Shown here one piece after another: positions 57,991-64,000 of a DNA stretch of 64,000 nt. The position numbers and the translations under genes were made by a program. Each line of letters starts with the position of its first letter. Position 1 is the first letter of the stretch. The notes beneath the pieces were generated by a model. It saw only the letters and a program-made list of their open reading frames with translations, had not been told where the DNA came from and did no database searches. The DNA is taken from the NCBI GenBank assembly GCA_036844485.1, contig DAIUFS010000002.1, forward strand, positions 11,085 to 75,084, read 5' to 3'. Source of the stretch: Candidatus Dormiibacterota bacterium (GTDB taxonomy: Bacteria; Chloroflexota; Dormibacteria; Aeolococcales; Aeolococcaceae).

Positions 57991-59285
57991 TGGCGGTGCT
58001 GCCGCCGCCGGGCGCCCCGGGACTGCCCACGCGCGACCCCGAGTCGGACGCCTTCGACCGCGGCCGGGTCCTTCTCGGTGTCGACCCCGCCAACGACGCC
58101 ATCGACATGGTCCAGCTCGATGACCAGACGATGGAGCTGAACATGGGGCCACAGCACCCCAGCACGCACGGCGTTCTCCGGCTGGTGCTGGAGCTCGATG
58201 GGGAGGTGGTGCGCGAATGCCGCCCCGACATCGGCTTCCTGCACACCGGCTTCGAGAAGTCATTCGAGTCGCACACGTGGCAGCAGTGCATCCCCTTCAC
58301 GGATCGTATGGACTACCTTGCCCCCCTGTTCAACAACCTCGGCTTCTCGCTCGCCGCGGAGCGGCTGCTGGGAATCGAGGTGCCCCTGCGCGCCCAGTAC
58401 CTGCGCGTCATCATGTGCGAGCTGACCCGCGTGGCCAGCCATTTTCTGTGGTACGGAACCAGCGCGCTCGACCTCGGCGCCACCACGCCGTTCGTGTATG
58501 CGTGGCGGGAGCGCGAGAAGCTGCTGGACATCAACGAGCTGGTGAGCGGCGTGCGCATGCACACCTCGTTCATTCGCGTCGGCGGTCTGCTCGCCGATGT
58601 CCCGGACGAGTTCTACTCCCTCGTCAACGATGTGGTGCGCACCTTCCCAGCCTTCATCGATCAGTACGAGCTGCTCATCACCAAGAATCCCATCTGGCTG
58701 GAGCGCACCCGGGGGCTCGGTGTGCTCAGCCCCGACGACGCCCTGGCGTACGGCGCCACCGGACCCACCCTGCGCGGCAGCGGCGTTGCCTACGACCTGC
58801 GCAAGGCTCAGCCGTACAGCGCCTACGACCACTTCGATTTCGACATCCCCATCGGCAGCCACGGCGACGTCTATGACCGCTACCTGGTGCGCATGCGCGA
58901 GGCCCGCGAGTCGCTGAAGATCATCGGCCAGGCGATGGACAAGCTTCCGGGGGGCCCGGTCAACACCTCGGATCGCAAGGTAGCGCTGCCTCCGCGCAAC
59001 GAGATCAACACCTCGATGGAGTCGCTCATCCACCATTTCAAGCTGGTGACCGAGGGATTCCACGTGCCCCACGGCCAGGTCTACCAGGCGATCGAATCGC
59101 CACGGGGAGAGCTCGGCTTCTACATCGTGAGCACCGGCAGCAACCGCCCCTACCGTTGCAAGGTCCGCGCGCCCTCGTTCAGCAACCTCTCCGCTCTGCC
59201 GCACATGGTCCGCAACGAGCTGATCGCTGACGTGGTCGCGGTCATCGGGTCGATCGACATCACGCTCGGAGATGTGGACAGGTGA
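57990..59285 (+). CDS. nuoD: NADH-quinone oxidoreductase subunit D
   Basis: MELNMGPQHPSTHGVLRL, HTGFEK, ESPRGELG. ATGA overlap with nuoC. Confidence 0.93.
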   Translation: MAVLPPPGAPGLPTRDPESDAFDRGRVLLGVDPANDAIDMVQLDDQTMELNMGPQHPSTHGVLRLVLELDGEVVRECRPDIGFLHTGFEKSFESHTWQQCIPFTDRMDYLAPLFNNLGFSLAAERLLGIEVPLRAQYLRVIMCELTRVASHFLWYGTSALDLGATTPFVYAWREREKLLDINELVSGVRMHTSFIRVGGLLADVPDEFYSLVNDVVRTFPAFIDQYELLITKNPIWLERTRGLGVLSPDDALAYGATGPTLRGSGVAYDLRKAQPYSAYDHFDFDIPIGSHGDVYDRYLVRMREARESLKIIGQAMDKLPGGPVNTSDRKVALPPRNEINTSMESLIHHFKLVTEGFHVPHGQVYQAIESPRGELGFYIVSTGSNRPYRCKVRAPSFSNLSALPHMVRNELIADVVAVIGSIDITLGDVDR

Positions 59286-60022
59286 CTGCCGTGCTGGCCG
59301 CTGCCACACGCCAGGAGATCGTGGCGCTTCGAGATCGGTACCCGCATCCGCGGAGCGCAATCCTGCCGTGCCTGTGGGCGGTGCAGAACGAGCAGGGGCA
59401 TCTGTCCGTCGAGGGCATGGCGGAGGTGGCCGAGATCCTCGACCTGGCGCCCAGCGAGGTGCAGGCGGTGAGCACCTTCTATTCCATGTACTTCAACAGG
59501 CCGGCCGGCGATCATCACGTGCTCATCTGCGTCAACGTGAGCTGCGCCCTGCGTGGCGCTGACGAGATCGTCAGCCATGTCGAGCGACGGCTGGCATGCC
59601 CGTCCGGGGGCACCACGGCGGACCGGACATTCACGTGGGAGAGCACGATCGAGTGCCTGGGGGCATGCGGTGGGGCTCCCGCGATGCAGGTCGACCACCA
59701 TTTCCACGAGAACCTCACACCCGAGCGCGTCGACGGGATCCTCGAGCGCGTCCGGTCCCAGCCAGGGCCGCACGCCGGCGCCGCCCCGTCAGCGGACGCG
59801 CCTGCCACCGGGCCGCACCCGCCCACGGCGGAAACCCCCCCGGTGGCCACGGCGGAGGGTCCGCCCGCGGACGACGGGCTGGGCGCAGAGCCACCGGCCG
59901 AGGCCGCTCCGATCGCTGAGCACACCGAGATGCCCGGGTCGCGGACCAGTCCCAGCGCCAATCCGCGCGGCAGCCGGAGCCGACCTCGACGGCGACCGCG
60001 TCCCAACGCGGACGATCTGTAG
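59282..60022 (+). CDS. nuoE: NADH-quinone oxidoreductase subunit E with a Pro/Ala-rich C-terminal extension
   Basis: YPHPRSAILPCLW, ICVNVSCALRGADE, ECLGACGGAPAM (2Fe-2S ligands). Confidence 0.9.
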   Translation: MTAVLAAATRQEIVALRDRYPHPRSAILPCLWAVQNEQGHLSVEGMAEVAEILDLAPSEVQAVSTFYSMYFNRPAGDHHVLICVNVSCALRGADEIVSHVERRLACPSGGTTADRTFTWESTIECLGACGGAPAMQVDHHFHENLTPERVDGILERVRSQPGPHAGAAPSADAPATGPHPPTAETPPVATAEGPPADDGLGAEPPAEAAPIAEHTEMPGSRTSPSANPRGSRSRPRRRPRPNADDL

Positions 60023-60034
60023 GATCGCCCGGTC

Positions 60035-61327
60035 ATGGCCGAACACAAGCTGCTCACCAAGGACTTCGGGACCGAGGGAGTGCAGACCCTCGCCGTCTAC
60101 GAGCGTCTTGGTGGGTACCAGGGTTTGCGCGAGGCTTTCCGCCGCTTCACCCCGCAGACCCTGATCGACGAGGTCAAGGCCAGTGGCCTGCGCGGCCGCG
60201 GAGGAGCTGGGTTTCCAACGGGGACGAAGTGGGGATTTCTGCCCAAGGACATCTTCCCACGCTATCTCTGCTGCAACGCCGACGAGTCCGAGCCAGGGTG
60301 CTTCAAGGATCGGGCGCTGATCGACGAGAACCCCCACCAGCTCATCGAGGGACTGCTCATCGCCGCGTACGCGCTCCAGGTCAATGTCGCCTTCATCTAC
60401 ATCCGCGGCGAGTACCTCGACCAGCGGCTGCTGCTGGAGCGCTGTGTCGCCGAGGCGCAGGCCGCCGGTCACATCGGCAATGACATCCACGGGAGCGGGT
60501 TCAGCTGCGACGTCATCGTTCACGGCGGTGCCGGCGCGTACATCTGTGGCGAGGAGACGGCGCTCATCGAGTCACTGGAGGGCCGCCGCGGCGAGCCGCG
60601 GCTGAAGCCGCCGTTTCCCGCGCTCAAAGGGCTCTACGGCAAGCCCACGGTGGTCAACAACGTGGAGACCCTGTCCAACCTGCCCCACATCGTGCAGCGC
60701 GGCGGAGCCTGGTTCAAGGCGCTCGGAACCGAGAAGAGCGCGGGAACACGACTGTTCTGCTGCAGCGGCCACATCAACCGGCCCGGAACCTACGAGATGG
60801 CCATGGGCACACCGATCCGCGAGCTGCTCGAGGAGGAGTGCGGAGGCATGTGGAAGGACCGCACCCTGAAGGCATTCCAGCCCGGTGGCGGCTCCATGCA
60901 GGTGCTCCTTCCCAGCCACATCGATCTGCCACTCGACATGGATGCGGTGGCGCAGGCGGGCTCCTCCCTGGGAGCCGGGGCGATGGTGTTCATGGACGAG
61001 ACCACGTGCTTGGTCAACGTGTCGATGCGCCTTGTCGACTTCTATCACCACGAGTCCTGCGGCAAGTGCGCGCCATGCCGGGAGGGGACGTACTTCGAGT
61101 CCGACCTGATGCATCGTCTCGAGGCCGGACAGTGCGCTCCTGAAGAGCTGAACACCCTGGCCGACATCTGCGACAACATGAATGGCAAGTGCTTCTGCCC
61201 GCTCGGTGACACAGCGACGTGGTTCGTGATGTCGGCGTACCAGGCGTTCCGCGACGAGTTCGAGGCCCACTGCGGGGCAGGGTCCTGCCCGGTGCGCAGC
61301 GCGCGAGCTCAGCTGGTGACGGCGTAG
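60035..61327 (+). CDS. nuoF: NADH-quinone oxidoreductase subunit F
   Basis: GLRGRGGAGFPTG.KW, NADESEPG, ESCGKC.PCREG (N3 cluster). Confidence 0.95.
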   Translation: MAEHKLLTKDFGTEGVQTLAVYERLGGYQGLREAFRRFTPQTLIDEVKASGLRGRGGAGFPTGTKWGFLPKDIFPRYLCCNADESEPGCFKDRALIDENPHQLIEGLLIAAYALQVNVAFIYIRGEYLDQRLLLERCVAEAQAAGHIGNDIHGSGFSCDVIVHGGAGAYICGEETALIESLEGRRGEPRLKPPFPALKGLYGKPTVVNNVETLSNLPHIVQRGGAWFKALGTEKSAGTRLFCCSGHINRPGTYEMAMGTPIRELLEEECGGMWKDRTLKAFQPGGGSMQVLLPSHIDLPLDMDAVAQAGSSLGAGAMVFMDETTCLVNVSMRLVDFYHHESCGKCAPCREGTYFESDLMHRLEAGQCAPEELNTLADICDNMNGKCFCPLGDTATWFVMSAYQAFRDEFEAHCGAGSCPVRSARAQLVTA

Positions 61328-63256
61328 ATGGCCGCCGACACATCGCCGCCGTCGGGTCCCGACGACGGCCTCGTCGGCATATCGATCGACGGCCGGTCGG
61401 CCCGCTTCCCCAAGGGCACCCTGCTCACCGACGCGGCAACCGAGATGGGGGTCCACATCCCCATCTACTGCTCTCACCCCAAGATGGACCCGGTGGCGGT
61501 GTGCCGCATGTGCCTCGTGCACGTCGAGAAGATGCCCAAGCTGCAGCCTGCCTGCGCGACCTACGTGGCCGATGGGATGGTGGTCGACACCACGCGCCCG
61601 GACGTCGCCAAGACCCGTGAGGGCGTGCTCGAGTTCCTCCTCCTCAACCATCCCCTCGACTGTCCCGTCTGTGACCGCGGCGGCGAATGCGATCTCCAGG
61701 ACTTCGCCTTCCGCTACGGGCCGCCGGCCTCGCGATTTCCCATCACCGAGAAGGTTCACTTCAACAAGGCGGTGGTGCTGAGCGACAGGATCGAGCTCGA
61801 TCAGGAGCGCTGCATCCTCTGCTGGCGCTGCACTCGCTACTACGACGAGATCACCGGCGAGAAGGAGCTGGTGCTCCAGGAACGGGGTGTGCACACCCTC
61901 GTCAACACATTCGACGGCGGGCCCTTGCGGTCCGACTTCCAGGGGAACCTCCCCGAGATCTGCCCGGTGGGCGCGCTCACCCATCGCCAGTACCGCTTCA
62001 AGGCGCGGCCGTGGGACCTGCAGCGCACCAGGAGTGTCTGCCCGGAGTGCTCGTACGGGTGCAACATCAACGTCGACACCCGCGATTTCGAGGTGCGTCG
62101 CTTCGCCTCGCGCGACAACCCCCTGGTCGACGACATGTGGCTGTGTGATCGTGGCCGCTACAGCGCCGAGACCTGGAACGACGTCGACCGCATCCGCCGC
62201 CCCGCGGTGCGAAGCAACGGCACCGTCCGCGATGTCTCCGTCAGCGAAGCCATCGCCGCCGCCGCTCGGGCGCTTCGTGAGGTGCGCGCGTTCGGCGGCG
62301 GCGGCTCGATCGCATTCCTCGGGTCCGCCCAGAACACCAATGAGGAGCTCTGGCTGCTCCAGCGCCTTGCCCGCGAGGTTCTCGAGACGCCGCACATCGA
62401 TCACCAGTTGGAGTCCTTCGCCGGCATCAGCCCGGACGAGCACGCGCTGGCGATCGCGGAGATCGAGGAGTGCGCGGCGGTCATCGTGCTCGGCGACGAG
62501 CCCGAGCGGGAGGCGCCGGTGCTGACGCTGCGCCTCCACAAGGCGGCGACCAAGCGCGGCGTCTCCGTGCGGCGCGTCGAGCACACCACCGACGTCAGCG
62601 GGATCGGTGAGCTGCCGGAGCACGGGGTCGTCGGCGTTATCGCCGACGAGATCCACCGCGAGGAGGCGGCGCGGTTGTGCGCCGCCCTGGCCGGAGCACA
62701 TGAGGTGCGCCGGCTCACCATCACACGCGGCGTCAACGGCCGCGGCGCCAAGGATGTCGGTGCGCTGCCCAACAGCGGACCGGGCTACACGGCGGCCGCC
62801 TCCGGGGGAAAGTCAGGCCGCGAGATCCTCGAGGCTGCCGCTGCGGGGGCGGTCAAGGCGCTGGTGGTGATGGGCGGCAGCCTCTGGGCCGATGACGCCG
62901 GCGATCTGCTGGAGCGGGCGCTGACCGGGGTGGAGGTGCTTGTCGTCATCGACACCCGCCCCGGACCACTGAGCCGGGCCGCCACAGTGCTCATCCCCGG
63001 CCACGCATTCTTCGAGAAGGCGGGCACCGTCACCAATGTCGAGGGGCGCCTGCAGCGCATCCGCCCGGCGCTGCCGCCGGCAACTCAGACCCCGACCGAG
63101 ACGCGCATCCTCAGCGCCCTGGCGGCGGAGCTGGGGGCCGGGGGATGGCCCGGTGATCCGCTCCGCGTGCACCGCGAGCTGGCTGCGGCCATTCCGGCGT
63201 ACGGGGTGGCTGCCAACGGCGGTCGCGCCACCTTTCCGTCAACGGTGAGGGCATGA
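61328..63256 (+). CDS. nuoG: NADH-quinone oxidoreductase subunit G (642 aa, comparatively short)
   Basis: IPIYC.HPK....CRMCLV, HPLDCPVCD.GGEC.LQ, C..C.RC.RY, CP.GALT. Confidence 0.92.
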   Translation: MAADTSPPSGPDDGLVGISIDGRSARFPKGTLLTDAATEMGVHIPIYCSHPKMDPVAVCRMCLVHVEKMPKLQPACATYVADGMVVDTTRPDVAKTREGVLEFLLLNHPLDCPVCDRGGECDLQDFAFRYGPPASRFPITEKVHFNKAVVLSDRIELDQERCILCWRCTRYYDEITGEKELVLQERGVHTLVNTFDGGPLRSDFQGNLPEICPVGALTHRQYRFKARPWDLQRTRSVCPECSYGCNINVDTRDFEVRRFASRDNPLVDDMWLCDRGRYSAETWNDVDRIRRPAVRSNGTVRDVSVSEAIAAAARALREVRAFGGGGSIAFLGSAQNTNEELWLLQRLAREVLETPHIDHQLESFAGISPDEHALAIAEIEECAAVIVLGDEPEREAPVLTLRLHKAATKRGVSVRRVEHTTDVSGIGELPEHGVVGVIADEIHREEAARLCAALAGAHEVRRLTITRGVNGRGAKDVGALPNSGPGYTAAASGGKSGREILEAAAAGAVKALVVMGGSLWADDAGDLLERALTGVEVLVVIDTRPGPLSRAATVLIPGHAFFEKAGTVTNVEGRLQRIRPALPPATQTPTETRILSALAAELGAGGWPGDPLRVHRELAAAIPAYGVAANGGRATFPSTVRA

Positions 63257-64000
63257 TCGCCAACTTCTCCGACATCTTCAGCGCCGGCCGCGTCGGCGAG
63301 GACGGGATCATTGTGATTTTGGTCAAGGCGGTGGTCGTGCTCCTCGCCCTGGCGACGGCGGCCGCCTACCTCACGTTCGCGGAGCGCAAGGTGGCAGCCC
63401 GAATTCAGCTGCGCATCGGCCCCAACCGGGTGGGCCCGCAGGGGCTGCTCCAGCCCGCCGCGGACGCGGTCAAGCTGCTCTTCAAGGAGAATGCGGCGCC
63501 GGCGGGACGCGACAAGCTCCTCTATCTGGTGGGCCCCGCGCTCGCCGGTGGTGCTGCCATCTTCGCCTTCGCCGCCATCCCCATCAGCGGCCTCACCTGC
63601 GTGGGCGGGACGATGGTGGGGCAGGGATGTGACGGCGGCTACGCCTTTCATTGGGATCTCATCCACGTCAATGTCAGCCTGCTCTTCGTGCTGGCGGTGA
63701 CCTCGCTGGGGGTGTATTCCCTGTTCCTCGGCGGCTGGTCGGCGAACAGCAAATACTCGCTGCTCGGCGGACTGCGGTCGTCCGCGCAGCTGATCTCCTA
63801 CGAGATGGCGGTCGCGTTCGCGCTGGTCGGAGCCGTGATCCTGGCCGGCTCGCTCGACCTCGAGAAGATCGTGCTCGCCCAGCAGGGGGTGTGGTTCGTG
63901 GTTCTCCAACCGCTCGCCTTCCTCCTCTATTTCACCGCCGCGCTGGCGGAGACCAACCGGCTCCCGTTCGACCTTCCGGAGGCGGAAACCGAGCTGGTGG
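63253..64000 (+). CDS. nuoH: NADH-quinone oxidoreductase subunit H (3' end beyond the window)
   Basis: ATGA overlap with nuoG. Translation reads TFAERKVAARIQLRIGPNRVGPQGLLQP.ADAVKL, GWSANSKYSLLGGLRSSAQLISYE, ETNRLPFDLPEAE. Not in the ORF track because there is no stop in the window. Confidence 0.9.
   Translation, partial: MIANFSDIFSAGRVGEDGIIVILVKAVVVLLALATAAAYLTFAERKVAARIQLRIGPNRVGPQGLLQPAADAVKLLFKENAAPAGRDKLLYLVGPALAGGAAIFAFAAIPISGLTCVGGTMVGQGCDGGYAFHWDLIHVNVSLLFVLAVTSLGVYSLFLGGWSANSKYSLLGGLRSSAQLISYEMAVAFALVGAVILAGSLDLEKIVLAQQGVWFVVLQPLAFLLYFTAALAETNRLPFDLPEAETELV

Noticed and set aside
59770-60022. Pro/Ala-rich 85-aa tail on NuoE as a possible novel domain.
   Set aside because: Low-complexity extensions of NuoE are common in high-GC Gram-positive lineages. 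No motif is present.
60572-62701. 709-aa minus-strand ORF across nuoF and nuoG.
   Set aside because: Antisense to unmistakable complex I subunits. Shadow ORF.
61328-63256. NuoG is only 642 aa, raising the question of whether it is truncated.
   Set aside because: All N-terminal Fe-S motifs are present, and the gene ends with an ATGA overlap to nuoH. It looks like an intact short form rather than a pseudogene. Length variation in the C-terminal molybdopterin-like domain is known.
63580-63660. Cys-containing insertion in NuoH (GLTCVGGTMVGQGCDGGYAFHW) as a possible extra metal site.
   Set aside because: This loop is variable and often extended in actinobacterial NuoH. Two Cys alone are not evidence of a cofactor.
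1-64000. Search for CRISPR repeats, IS elements/transposases/integrases, tRNA or rRNA genes, and long direct or inverted repeats marking an island.
   Set aside because: Reading both strands by eye, I found no regularly spaced repeats, no DDE/tyrosine-recombinase-like translation, and no tRNA T-arm or anticodon-arm pattern. Absence cannot be proven without tRNAscan, Infernal or a repeat finder.

Overview
GC-rich (by eye roughly 70% G+C) bacterial chromosomal segment, densely coding on both strands. Many neighbouring genes are joined by 4-nt GTGA/ATGA start-stop overlaps. Gene content (TatAC, MshA-like GT4, SoxR, ECF sigma/anti-sigma pair, nuoA-H) suggests a high-GC terrabacterial lineage (Actinomycetota or a neighbour); I cannot assign taxonomy more precisely. 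I recognised no rRNA, tRNA, CRISPR array, transposase or integrase. All calls rest on reading the supplied translations and the DNA by eye and comparing them with remembered family motifs; no database search was run.

Main blocks:
- 1-2.5 kb: ECF sigma (carrying an in-frame TGA), anti-sigma factor, tatA and tatC.
- 2.5-7.2 kb: cfa, an ABC permease remnant, rhomboid, dienelactone hydrolase, and an ArsI/CadI-ArsR pair.
- 7.2-15.2 kb: a polyamine/GABA-type catabolic cluster (FAD oxidase, aldehyde dehydrogenase, unusual MerR-XRE-cupin regulator, APC permease, two class-III aminotransferases).
- 15.6-18.8 kb: phzF-queA-SDR operon with a divergent soxR.
- 19.2-22.7 kb: HisKA_3 kinase, stand-alone receiver, and an MFS gene.
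- 25.7-28.5 kb: trpS, a TIGR00725-like gene, and an archaeal-type tyrS.
- 30.6-43.1 kb: the most unusual region. A Rieske/cytochrome b pair sits between two paralogous cytochrome-bd-subunit-I-like (CydA-like) membrane proteins. It is preceded by PCP_red-domain proteins and followed by a receiver, an ABC-2 transporter and unknown proteins, all chained by start-stop overlaps.
- 43.1-49.3 kb (minus strand): a cobalamin-riboswitch-controlled ECF transporter operon with surface-anchored proteins resembling the two halves of transcobalamin.
- 56.5-64.0 kb: nuoA to nuoH (nuoH runs off the window).
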